A program made the translations under genes and the position numbers. The notes under the pieces are model-generated. The model made no database searches and was not told the origin of the DNA. It saw only the letters and a list, made by a program, of their open reading frames with translations. From a virus (taxonomy: Duplodnaviria; Caudoviricetes), in IMG/VR virus record IMGVR_UViG_3300032307_000764, positions 184,192-248,191 of that record: a stretch of 64,000 nucleotides of DNA, one strand, 5' to 3'. The first letter of the stretch is position 1. Each line of letters begins with the position of its first letter. This document shows positions 44,948-53,945 of this stretch, one piece after another.

Positions 44948-45227
44948 ATTTCAAGACTGGGAAGCTTTTGTTGAAAATGAAAATTGTGTCAATGTTAAAA
45001 TTGATGAGTCGTTAGATATAGAAGGTGCAAAAATAAAATTCCTAGGAAAGAACAGAGAGCCGTTGATCGAGATGAAGCTTAATTCTAGAGACATCCATAT
45101 CTGTCTTGCCATAGGTAATCCAATATTCGTAGAGCTTCATACGTCAGGCGGTGTATCTGTACAATATGTTAAAGGCTCCGGTAAAGAACTTTATAAATCT
45201 TTTAAGGATGAGCCAAACCAAAATTAG
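44925..45227 (+). CDS. Hypothetical protein
   Basis: Operon ORF. Confidence 0.7.
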   Translation: METHKYPKFQDWEAFVENENCVNVKIDESLDIEGAKIKFLGKNREPLIEMKLNSRDIHICLAIGNPIFVELHTSGGVSVQYVKGSGKELYKSFKDEPNQN

Positions 45228-45738
45228 ATATTACGCAGGAATAGGATCTAGAGAAACCCCTCCAGGGATTGAACCCTCGATAGAAGAAGCTGCAGGATTT
45301 TTGGGAAGGATGGGATTCGTTTTAAGATCCGGTGCGGCTCCAGGAGCAGATGCTATGTTTGAAAAATATTGCACCGGTGAAAAGGAGATCTATTTACCTT
45401 GGAGCAAATTCAACGATAGCGAATCAGATCTAATTATAGATAACATGGATCAGAACTTGGTATTCAGAGCTAGAGAAATAGCAAAGAAATATCATCCTGG
45501 TTGGTCTTACCTTTCACCAGCAGCTAGAAAATTAATGTCAAGAAACACTTTTCAAGTTCTTGGCTATGATCTTGAGACCCCATCATCATTTATTGTTTGT
45601 TGGACCCCCGGAGGTAAAATATCTGGTGGAACTGGTCAAGCACTTCGAATAGCAAAAGATCTTGGTATACCCATTTTTAATCTTTTCGATAAAGACGCAT
45701 TACATAAAATAAAAGTTTATATTACTAATCTCAAATAA
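45208..45738 (+). CDS. SLOG/DprA-like Rossmann-fold protein
   Basis: YAGIGSRETP...LRSGAAPGAD...RN..QVLG...GGTGQALRIA. Confidence 0.75.
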   Translation: MSQTKIRYYAGIGSRETPPGIEPSIEEAAGFLGRMGFVLRSGAAPGADAMFEKYCTGEKEIYLPWSKFNDSESDLIIDNMDQNLVFRAREIAKKYHPGWSYLSPAARKLMSRNTFQVLGYDLETPSSFIVCWTPGGKISGGTGQALRIAKDLGIPIFNLFDKDALHKIKVYITNLK

Positions 45739-45744
45739 AAATAA

Positions 45745-46317
45745 ATGTCAAACACATTAAATCTCCCAGGACCACATTCAAGAAATCTTTTTTTAGCTAA
45801 ACAAGTAGACCAAGATTCAATCAACTCGATCACTAAATCTATCATCGAAATAAATGAAAGCGATGAATATGTTTCTAAGATCTACGAAGCTCATGATTTG
45901 GAATATAAGCCAAAGCCAATAAAACTTTATATCGATTCTTACGGAGGTTATGTTTACCAGTGTATGGGTTTACTTAGTATTATGAAATCTAGTAAAGCTC
46001 CAGTACATACTATTGTAACTGGCTGTGCTATGTCTTGTGGATTTCTTATTTCTGTTTCAGGGCATAAGCGTTTTGGATATCCTAAAGCAACTTATATGTA
46101 CCATCAGGTATCATCAGTAGCTGTAGGAAAAGTAAAAGACCTCGAGGAAGATGTAATAGAAACAAAAAGATTACAAACTATTATTGAGGAAATTACATTA
46201 GAAAATACAAAGATTACACAGAAAAAATTGGATAAGATCTATAAAACCAAGAAAGATTGGTTTATGGATACTAACGAGGCACTTAAGTTAAAAGTAATCG
46301 ATGAGGTGATAGATTAG
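45745..46317 (+). CDS. clpP: ClpP-family protease subunit
   Basis: LYIDSYGGYV...TIVTGCAMSCG...MYHQ...DWFMDTNEALKLKVIDEV. Confidence 0.9.
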   Translation: MSNTLNLPGPHSRNLFLAKQVDQDSINSITKSIIEINESDEYVSKIYEAHDLEYKPKPIKLYIDSYGGYVYQCMGLLSIMKSSKAPVHTIVTGCAMSCGFLISVSGHKRFGYPKATYMYHQVSSVAVGKVKDLEEDVIETKRLQTIIEEITLENTKITQKKLDKIYKTKKDWFMDTNEALKLKVIDEVID

Positions 46318-46339
46318 TACTATTGAATATATAGTATTA

Positions 46340-46993
46340 ATGAGAAAAAATGTATTGCCTTTCAAAATGTTCGAGAAGAATGAATCTTTAAGATTCGAAC
46401 AGCTTTCAGAAGAAGCTAAAAAGAATGCTATAGATAAATTCAGATCTGAAATGTGGGAAGGAAAACATGGTGCAGATGATATAGCAGAATGGGTAATAGA
46501 TGACGATTATCTTTTTGAACCTACCCACAAAGAGCTGGAGGAAGTTTTTGGGTCTAGATACAATGATGATCTCAAAGATGTTCCTATGATAGGAAATACA
46601 AGAAAGGACATATCTTATATTTCTAAGGACGATCAGAACTATTACCTACATTGTGCTAAAGCTTTAGATGTAAATCACCAGGAGATGTTTTTTTCATGGC
46701 TAGGATTCTCTCTTATATTTTGGTACGATACATCTTATGAATTTTTAGACAGGGGAACTTACACTGAAATAGAATTTGAATTTTTATCTGATGAAGATGA
46801 CTTTACACCACAGCATATACAACTTTGGGAAAAAGAAGTTGAAACAGCAGAGAAAAAGTGGAAGGAGCATATGAGCGAGGTATTGGATAGGATTACTGAA
46901 AGTATAGAATCCGAATATTCTGATGAGAGAATAGAGGAAAGAATAGAATCTAACGATATTCTTTTTGACGAGGAAGGAAACACAGTGGAATAA
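46340..46993 (+). CDS. Acidic hypothetical protein
   Basis: MRKNVLPFKMFEKNES N-terminus; promoter at 46325. Confidence 0.8.
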   Translation: MRKNVLPFKMFEKNESLRFEQLSEEAKKNAIDKFRSEMWEGKHGADDIAEWVIDDDYLFEPTHKELEEVFGSRYNDDLKDVPMIGNTRKDISYISKDDQNYYLHCAKALDVNHQEMFFSWLGFSLIFWYDTSYEFLDRGTYTEIEFEFLSDEDDFTPQHIQLWEKEVETAEKKWKEHMSEVLDRITESIESEYSDERIEERIESNDILFDEEGNTVE

Positions 46994-47062
46994 TTCCTCT
47001 ATAATCATCAATCGATTTATTTATTTTGTTTTAAATTTGGGAATATTCTACAGGATTGTGTT

Positions 47063-48493
47063 ATGACAAAGATTGCTACTAAAAAATATGAGCCAACTTT
47101 TGATCTTTCTATTTTAAATGAGGATCAAAAAAAGGCTTTTGACGAATTAAGGGATTTTATATACGATGCCCATGATGATAACATATACGTTTTAAAGGGA
47201 TGGGCAGGTACAGGAAAGACATTTTGCGTCAGTCTTTTAGTTAGATACGTTCTTGATGTTATTTACCCAAGTAAAAATTGGTATAGAGTAGCAGTTACAG
47301 GTCCTACGAATAAATCTGTAAGGGTAATAAAGAAAACCACAGGAATAAAAAATGCTAGAGTTACATTCCAAACCATTCACAAACTATTAGGTTTAACTGA
47401 AAGAATAACACCAGACGGTCAGCAGGAATTTGTAAACCAAGGTGATTTCGTTCCACAGATCCAAAAGACTAAGTTATTAATCATAGACGAAGTTTCTATG
47501 CTTAACGATGAGCTATTTCACGAGATACTCAGATACAGAGACAAGGTTAAAATAATCTGTATGGGAGATCCAGCTCAGATTCCTCCAGTTGGAAAGCCTG
47601 ATTGTATTCCTTTTAGAGACGAACTTTCCGAAATGTATGGGATTAAGACAATAGATCTTAAAACCATAATGAGACAGAAAGAAAATAATCCGATAATAGA
47701 CAAATCCGTTAAGATAAGAAAAGATCTAGAAAATCCTTATGTCGATACAGGGACAGAAACAATGGTAAATGAAAACGAAGAGGGTGTTGAATTTTTAAAT
47801 CTCAATTCATCAGATATCAGAAGTACATTTCCTGATATTCTTTCAAAGTATTTTAATAGCGAAGATTTCAAAGAAGACCCGGAGTATTCTAAGATAATTG
47901 CGTGGAGGAACAAGACCGTTGAGAAAATGAATCATGTAGTTAGAAAGGTTATCTACGGTGAAGAAAACGTCGGTGAAAAAATACTAATAGGAGAAAAGCT
48001 TATAGCAAACAATCCTATCATAGAAATGAACCAGATCCTATTTAACACGAACGATGAGTTTACCGTTGATAGATTCGATATTAAATTTTGGAGGACTAGC
48101 ATAGAGGGAGAAAAATACGAACTTAAATTCTATGAGACTGGTGTTAGTTTTATCAATGACGAGGAGAAAAGAGTGGTTTATTATATAGATATTCTACACG
48201 AGGATTCTGAATCACTTTTCCATGTACTTGCTAATAGACTTAAAAAGATAGCAATAGAGAAAAGAGGAAAGGAAAAAACATGGATCAAGTATTATGATTT
48301 TCTAAGAAGATTTGCAGATGTTAGTTATGCTTATGCTATCACAGCACACAAATCACAGGGAAGTACATATACAACTGCTTTTGTTCTCGAGGATGATATA
48401 GATGTTAACCAAAATGTAGTAGAAAGAAATAGGATCAAGTACACAGCTTACACAAGATCTAGTAAGAAATTGTACGTTCTTAAGAGGTTTTGA
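47063..48493 (+). CDS. dda: Dda/RecD-like SF1B helicase
   Basis: GWAGTGKT, TIHKLL, IIDEVSM, GDPAQIPPV, YAITAHKSQGSTY, YTAYTR. Confidence 0.9.
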   Translation: MTKIATKKYEPTFDLSILNEDQKKAFDELRDFIYDAHDDNIYVLKGWAGTGKTFCVSLLVRYVLDVIYPSKNWYRVAVTGPTNKSVRVIKKTTGIKNARVTFQTIHKLLGLTERITPDGQQEFVNQGDFVPQIQKTKLLIIDEVSMLNDELFHEILRYRDKVKIICMGDPAQIPPVGKPDCIPFRDELSEMYGIKTIDLKTIMRQKENNPIIDKSVKIRKDLENPYVDTGTETMVNENEEGVEFLNLNSSDIRSTFPDILSKYFNSEDFKEDPEYSKIIAWRNKTVEKMNHVVRKVIYGEENVGEKILIGEKLIANNPIIEMNQILFNTNDEFTVDRFDIKFWRTSIEGEKYELKFYETGVSFINDEEKRVVYYIDILHEDSESLFHVLANRLKKIAIEKRGKEKTWIKYYDFLRRFADVSYAYAITAHKSQGSTYTTAFVLEDDIDVNQNVVERNRIKYTAYTRSSKKLYVLKRF

Positions 48494-48532
48494 AATATTT
48501 CTGTTATTTCTTCTACAATATAAAACATTAAA

Positions 48533-48811
48533 ATGAAAAGATATACCGTTTTATTTGTCGCTGCTGCACTTTTAACCCTTAGTGGATGTGCAGATAGTCA
48601 AAACGTAAATGAGTGCGTTAGCGGTCATTTATATGGATTCTGGGGAGGTCTATGGCATGGATTAATTGCTCCTTTTGATTTTATCGGAATGTTAATATGG
48701 GATGACGTTTGTGTATATGCTCCTAACAATAACGGGGGATGGTACGCATTTGGATTCTTGTTAGGAACCGGGGGATTTACTTTTGGAAGCTCTAAAGTGA
48801 AAAAAGGATGA
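48533..48811 (+). CDS. Membrane lipoprotein
   Basis: LTLSGC lipobox; GFWGGLWHG. Confidence 0.8.
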   Translation: MKRYTVLFVAAALLTLSGCADSQNVNECVSGHLYGFWGGLWHGLIAPFDFIGMLIWDDVCVYAPNNNGGWYAFGFLLGTGGFTFGSSKVKKG

Positions 48812-49140
48812 GCAAGAATTTCTATCTAGTATTTCTTTCAATAGCTTCTGCTGGAGAGGTAGGATGTATTCTCGGATTAAATAACGGATTAGTTGAAATA
48901 GTATATTTTTTCCTTCTCATTTATGTTATCATCAACTATATTTTTGGTAGAGTAGAACCTTGGCTTTGGAGCAAGGGATTAGTTATTATAGGACTTACTT
49001 CCCTAGCATCTTTAATACTAATGATTTTTGGCCAATATACAGGAATTTTTAAAAAAGTTGAAGCAGCAATATCATTATATGTTTGGATTAGATCTGTCAA
49101 ATATATGGCAGATTGGAAAAATAAAAATTTAGAAGAATGA
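48808..49140 (+). CDS. Multi-TM membrane protein
   Basis: Hydrophobic segments. Confidence 0.7.
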   Translation: MSKNFYLVFLSIASAGEVGCILGLNNGLVEIVYFFLLIYVIINYIFGRVEPWLWSKGLVIIGLTSLASLILMIFGQYTGIFKKVEAAISLYVWIRSVKYMADWKNKNLEE

Positions 49141-49571
49141 AGGTATCAGAAAAGTATAGACACATAGGATATTCATATCCAGGTGTTCCTAAAGGATGGC
49201 AAAAAATAGTAGAAAAAACCATTGAGGATATAGAGAAAGCCATGTGGCCTAGATGGATTCCACTATTTATAAAAAGAAAAATCCATTATCTGGCTACAGG
49301 TAATTCTGTAGTTGGTGTTAAAAGCAGATTCTGGTATAAAGTCAGAAAATTTCTAACTAAGGGGCAAATAGTAACAGATATTAAGGATAAGTATGCAACA
49401 CTTAGAATATATGGATATTTTAGTCCTGAGATAGATGAAATCATCAAAAAAGCGGAGGATCAATGCTTCGCTACCTGTGAGAGATGCGGAAGCCAGCAAA
49501 AAGTAAGAACAGTTGGTAAAAACTGGGTATATAATCTATGTAAATCATGCAGATACGGTAAGAAGAAATAG
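49137..49571 (+). CDS. Hypothetical protein with C-terminal CxxC...CxxC
   Basis: IKDKYATLRIY...TCERCG...LCKSC. Confidence 0.8.
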   Translation: MKVSEKYRHIGYSYPGVPKGWQKIVEKTIEDIEKAMWPRWIPLFIKRKIHYLATGNSVVGVKSRFWYKVRKFLTKGQIVTDIKDKYATLRIYGYFSPEIDEIIKKAEDQCFATCERCGSQQKVRTVGKNWVYNLCKSCRYGKKK

Positions 49572-49612
49572 AATCATTTTTTTATCTGCTTATTTAAAAT
49601 TAAATTTATAGT

Positions 49613-50434
49613 GTGAAAAAGATACTGACCATAGGGGATGTACATGGCCGTGATAGATGGATGTTCCATACTCACGGAAGCCCGTACGAATTTAATCATT
49701 GGATGACAATGGTGGAAAGCGGGGTTCCTGCTGATGCGGAGGATTTCTGGAATGAAATGCCTTATACACAGTACGATCAGATAGTATTTGTTGGAGATTA
49801 CGTTGATAGCTTTGATCTTAGCAACGTAGTAATACTAGACAATCTTAAAAAGATACTTTTCTTTAAAAAAGCATTACCTGATAAGGTTGTACTTCTACTT
49901 GGTAATCATGATATACAATATTTTGTTCCTAACGAGGTATGCAGCGGATATAGAGCTGAAATGAAACCGGATCTTTATCAGATTTTTGATGAGAACAAGG
50001 AGTTATTTAAAGTGGCTCATTTAATTAAGGATAACACAGGAATTAAGTATCTGTGGACCCATGCAGGGGTTACTGACAGATGGTTAAAAGACACCCGTAG
50101 GGACATTTATAATCCAAAATATAGACATTACGAAATAACTAAGGATTTCGATACTGAAGATTTAGAAAAATTTCTAAATGATCTATTTGAGCTACGCGTT
50201 GATAATATATTTAATGTTGATGCACATAGTGGCGGTTATAACTTATGGGCGGGTCCTTTTTGGGTTAGACCTATGATTCTAAATGAATTTCCTTTAGAAG
50301 GCGTCAATCAGATAGTAGGACATACACCTCAGAAAATGGTTAAAGATATTATCTGTGGAGACGTAACTCATTATTTAGTAGATTGTCTTTGGGACGATTG
50401 CGACGACGTTTTAGTATTAGATATTGAAGTATGA
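49613..50434 (+). CDS. Metallophosphoesterase (calcineurin-like)
   Basis: GDVHG, GDYVD, GNHD, THAG, GHTP. Confidence 0.92.
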   Translation: MKKILTIGDVHGRDRWMFHTHGSPYEFNHWMTMVESGVPADAEDFWNEMPYTQYDQIVFVGDYVDSFDLSNVVILDNLKKILFFKKALPDKVVLLLGNHDIQYFVPNEVCSGYRAEMKPDLYQIFDENKELFKVAHLIKDNTGIKYLWTHAGVTDRWLKDTRRDIYNPKYRHYEITKDFDTEDLEKFLNDLFELRVDNIFNVDAHSGGYNLWAGPFWVRPMILNEFPLEGVNQIVGHTPQKMVKDIICGDVTHYLVDCLWDDCDDVLVLDIEV

Positions 50435-50754
50435 TAAGAAAATTTAGATTCAATAAAGAGGAAAATAATAGATGGTTCGTAGATCTTCCTGAATGGGAGG
50501 GAGAAAAGGAAGACCTTGAAATGGTTCTAGGAGCGGATTTACTTTTGGATATATTATCAGGAAATTCTGATTATTGCTATCTTACACTTGGTGATGAACC
50601 ATTTGAAGGATGTAGTACATTAACCTATGATCATAACGAATCTACTCCAGGATATTACAACAACGATGCATGGCATGGTCCTTCTACTATTTGGCTTTGT
50701 TATGTTACAGAATTTGTCTTTGGAAGATATCCTGAGAAGATTTATTTCTCGTAA
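50431..50754 (+). CDS. Conserved hypothetical protein (DUF6717-like)
   Basis: WFVDLP...LEMVLGAD...IWLCYVTEFVFGRYPEKIY. Confidence 0.7.
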   Translation: MIRKFRFNKEENNRWFVDLPEWEGEKEDLEMVLGADLLLDILSGNSDYCYLTLGDEPFEGCSTLTYDHNESTPGYYNNDAWHGPSTIWLCYVTEFVFGRYPEKIYFS

Positions 50755-51194
50755 TATTCTATCATCTTTACTGCATTAGAGACTAGCCAAGGATCTACAC
50801 CCGGTATTTTCATTAGAAAATTGAGCTCGTATTTGTAGCAAAGAACCTCTTCCTTATTAGGATCTAATTTAGTATAAAGCTGTTTGATATAAAGGTGCAT
50901 AGATTCATGAACCAGAATAGCAGCAATGTTATAGATATTTGGATTCTTTATATCATTAACTGCTATGGTTATCATCGAATCGCCTTCAGTTGTTGAAAAT
51001 CCACCGTTCCAATATCCTATGTTCTGACAAGTTTCTAATAGAACGTCGTATTTTTCCGGATCGTATTTTTTGATGATCGATATGGCGCTATCTACTTTAT
51101 TCTTCCATCCATCACCAACATCTGCTACTTTAATCTGTCCAAATGAATATGTTATTGAGAAATAGAATAATAGTAATAACCCTATAATTTTCAT
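50742..51194 (-). CDS. Secreted HEXXH zinc-peptidase-like protein
   Basis: Signal peptide; ILVHESMH...EE. Confidence 0.65.
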   Translation of the reverse strand: MKIIGLLLLFYFSITYSFGQIKVADVGDGWKNKVDSAISIIKKYDPEKYDVLLETCQNIGYWNGGFSTTEGDSMITIAVNDIKNPNIYNIAAILVHESMHLYIKQLYTKLDPNKEEVLCYKYELNFLMKIPGVDPWLVSNAVKMIEYYEK

Positions 51195-51643
51195 AGTTTT
51201 ATTGCTGCTTCATGAATTGCTTTTTTAAGAGCAGATGATACAGTCATTTTTTCGAAGGGTATAGATCCTTCCTGTACTTCTATCATTATTGCTCTTATCT
51301 CTGTATCAGATTCACCCATTCCCTCGTATTTTTCTCCTTTGTAGTGTAATCTAACACCTACTTGAGTTATAGTATTAGTCTTTTCTATACCAACAACTCT
51401 TATAGTTGTTTTAGGCAATCCGAAGTAATAAATTTCAACCTTAATAGGAGATCCGTCATCGGACAGACAAAATTTTTGAGATAATTCCTCTTCGACTATT
51501 TGTTTTATACCGAATCTTATATCTCTAGATCCTAATTCTCTAAGTTTTGCTGTAACGTAAACAGTGTCTACTTTTACACAATCTTGTGCTTTAGCTGTTA
51601 TACAAAATAGTATAATCCCAAAAAATATGATAAGTCTTTTCAT
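51191..51643 (-). CDS. Secreted protein, CsgG-like C-terminal region
   Basis: Signal peptide; SSALKKAIHEA resembles STKKALETA of 55642-56388. Confidence 0.55.
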   Translation of the reverse strand: MKRLIIFFGIILFCITAKAQDCVKVDTVYVTAKLRELGSRDIRFGIKQIVEEELSQKFCLSDDGSPIKVEIYYFGLPKTTIRVVGIEKTNTITQVGVRLHYKGEKYEGMGESDTEIRAIMIEVQEGSIPFEKMTVSSALKKAIHEAAIKL

Positions 51644-52233
51644 TATTTAATAATGTATTTAGTGTAGTCAGTAGATGCTGGCTTTTCGTTTTTGAAATAA
51701 TATTTTTCAACCTTATTTCCATATTTTATAGTTTTAATGTAACCGTCTGGTACTGTTGCACCTGTAGGTAAAACAATAGATTTTGCCGAGAAAATACATC
51801 TAATTTCAACTGTAACAGTTTTATTAGTTTTTGCTAATTCTCTTTCTCTAACCTCAAGCAATCTCCAAGTTGTTCTGTTCAAGTTCTCCTGCTGAAGAGA
51901 GCAGTTTAGGTATGTAAAAGTTTTGTATAGTGATTCTTTTGTACAGTTAAAATCCGCTGCTGGAGCCAAATGCCCTTTATCGTATGGATTATTTTCATAA
52001 TCCTTATTATCTGATGTTAGTATCGAATCGCAAACGTAAAAGTCCATTCCTTTTCTGGGAGCAGTTCCATTTGGGCATTGAACTGTATACCTAATAAATT
52101 TAGGCTGCTGCAATTTTTCAGAATATACAATCTCAAACATAGGTGTTTTTATGTATATTGAATCCCTTAATACTTTTTGACTTAAAGAAAATAGGGGTAG
52201 TGTTAATAATAGTGCTAGAATTAATTTTTTCAT
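51643..52233 (-). CDS. Secreted DNA/RNA non-specific endonuclease (NucA/EndA type)
   Basis: YDKGHLAPAADF...TFTYLN..LQ..NLNRTTW..LE. Confidence 0.9.
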   Translation of the reverse strand: MKKLILALLLTLPLFSLSQKVLRDSIYIKTPMFEIVYSEKLQQPKFIRYTVQCPNGTAPRKGMDFYVCDSILTSDNKDYENNPYDKGHLAPAADFNCTKESLYKTFTYLNCSLQQENLNRTTWRLLEVRERELAKTNKTVTVEIRCIFSAKSIVLPTGATVPDGYIKTIKYGNKVEKYYFKNEKPASTDYTKYIIK

Positions 52234-53945
52234 TAGTTTGATTGACCTGTTTTTATTATATAAAATACCGAAGACCCACCGGCTGTCGGATTTGTTAAGG
52301 TAATACTTTGTGAACCTGGATAGGTTGGTACTAAATTAACGGATGAAGAATTTATTATTGACCATTCCTGCTGAGTAAGTATCCTATAATTAGGTACTCC
52401 TGATGGCCAAGAGCTTCCATTTATTCTCCTATATATTAAGTATATATCGTTAATAGACAGAATCGAATTGATGTTTCCGTCCATTCTATAATAGTCTATT
52501 GGTGTAAAATTCTGGGTTAAGATCTTATTAGTAAAGAAGCTTATATCTAAATTGGTTGGAGATCCTGCTGGTACATCTTCTATAACAACCTGAAAGTCAT
52601 ATTGATCTATATCTAGCTGAGTTATAATTGAGAATATACCGGATGAATTAGTAGTGTATGTTTGGAATAAAGCATATGGTGATGCTGAGGATTTCGTTTT
52701 ATATAATAATTTAATCTGTATGTTAGCTAATCCTATAGATTTAGAGTTGTATATGGTACCTGAATAAGTAAAAGGAGTTGGATAGTTTACTGTAGCAATT
52801 ACTGGGGTTCTCGTAGAGCTTACACATCCATTAGAGGAGTTACGTGCTTGTACATAATATGTTGTTGTATTGGAAATGCTAGGTGTTGTAAACGATAAAG
52901 TTCCTAATCCGCCAGATAAAACGTTACCTCCAGTTTGGTTTGCATACCAATCGGAAGTAATACCAGTTCCTGTTGTTGATGATAAATTAACTGTTCCTGC
53001 AAGAAATCTACTTCCGTTTATACCTACTGGTGCTGCTGGGGATGATGCAGGTGTACACGCAATCTGGTGAGTAACAAATCCGGTAAAGAAATTTGTAAAT
53101 GTTTGATTCGCTGGGTCAGTCCAAGTACCATATTCAATAACATATGCACAACTAAAATTATTAGGTAAGTCGTTCCATTGGGATCCATTCCATTTAGTAA
53201 CTGCGTAATGTTCACCTCCTGCATTATTTGGTTCCCCTCCAGCCCAGTTATTATATTGGCCAGCGATGTTACCTGCAAATTGACCATTTGATGTTTTAAT
53301 AAGAGTTCCATTTTCTGGGCCAGCATCTATTCTCCAATAACCTTCTTGTGCGACATCAGAAAGGGCAAACCATATGTTTGTCTGTGGTACGTTATTATAT
53401 ATGAATAGATCCTCATCCGGTGATGTTATTGTAACTAAATAACCTTGCTGTCCTTTAAATGTAGTTGCTAGTGCAGCGGATCTAGCTCCAGTATAAGTAG
53501 TGCCAGTAGAGATAGGTCTATAAAAGTGCCCATTTGATGGAAGGTAGAAATATCCAACCGGATTCTCAGTAGCAGTTACTGCAATATAAACATTACCTGG
53601 AGTAGAACCAGTGTTCAATCTTAAGGAAGCCAATACTGTATTAACATTAGACTGAGTTCCAGTAAAGCTTATTCTGGTAAAATTGGATGCGAGGTTATAT
53701 CCAGTACTTGCAGTAACCCCTGATGTTGTGTTTAATCTGAGGGTTGTTCCCGAAGGTGGATTAACAAGTCCCACTGTTATTAAAAGTGTTGATGATGGAG
53801 TAAACCCATCTACAGAAAATCCACTTACTATTTGATTAGATGTGCTTTGCGGGTATGTAGCTGCACTCGGACTCACAACACTTTGTGCATACAAAGAAGC
53901 AGATGAAAATAATATTATTGCCCAATTACTAATCTTGTACCACAT
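52233..53945 (-). CDS. Secreted multidomain protein: C-type lectin, Ig-like domain and dockerin-like C-terminus
   Basis: GYLVTITS.DE...YNNWAGGEPNN...WNDLP; YVQARN; DYYRMDGNINSILSIND. Confidence 0.75.
   Translation of the reverse strand: MWYKISNWAIILFSSASLYAQSVVSPSAATYPQSTSNQIVSGFSVDGFTPSSTLLITVGLVNPPSGTTLRLNTTSGVTASTGYNLASNFTRISFTGTQSNVNTVLASLRLNTGSTPGNVYIAVTATENPVGYFYLPSNGHFYRPISTGTTYTGARSAALATTFKGQQGYLVTITSPDEDLFIYNNVPQTNIWFALSDVAQEGYWRIDAGPENGTLIKTSNGQFAGNIAGQYNNWAGGEPNNAGGEHYAVTKWNGSQWNDLPNNFSCAYVIEYGTWTDPANQTFTNFFTGFVTHQIACTPASSPAAPVGINGSRFLAGTVNLSSTTGTGITSDWYANQTGGNVLSGGLGTLSFTTPSISNTTTYYVQARNSSNGCVSSTRTPVIATVNYPTPFTYSGTIYNSKSIGLANIQIKLLYKTKSSASPYALFQTYTTNSSGIFSIITQLDIDQYDFQVVIEDVPAGSPTNLDISFFTNKILTQNFTPIDYYRMDGNINSILSINDIYLIYRRINGSSWPSGVPNYRILTQQEWSIINSSSVNLVPTYPGSQSITLTNPTAGGSSVFYIIKTGQSN

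Noticed and set aside
830-46326. Back-up stops shortly after TAG (832 TAG-TAA, 42028 TAG-TAT-TAA, 46317 TAG-TAC-TAT-TGA) as evidence of adaptation to suppression
   Set aside because: Nearby stops are expected by chance in AT-rich DNA, and other TAG genes lack them. This needs a genome-wide statistic.
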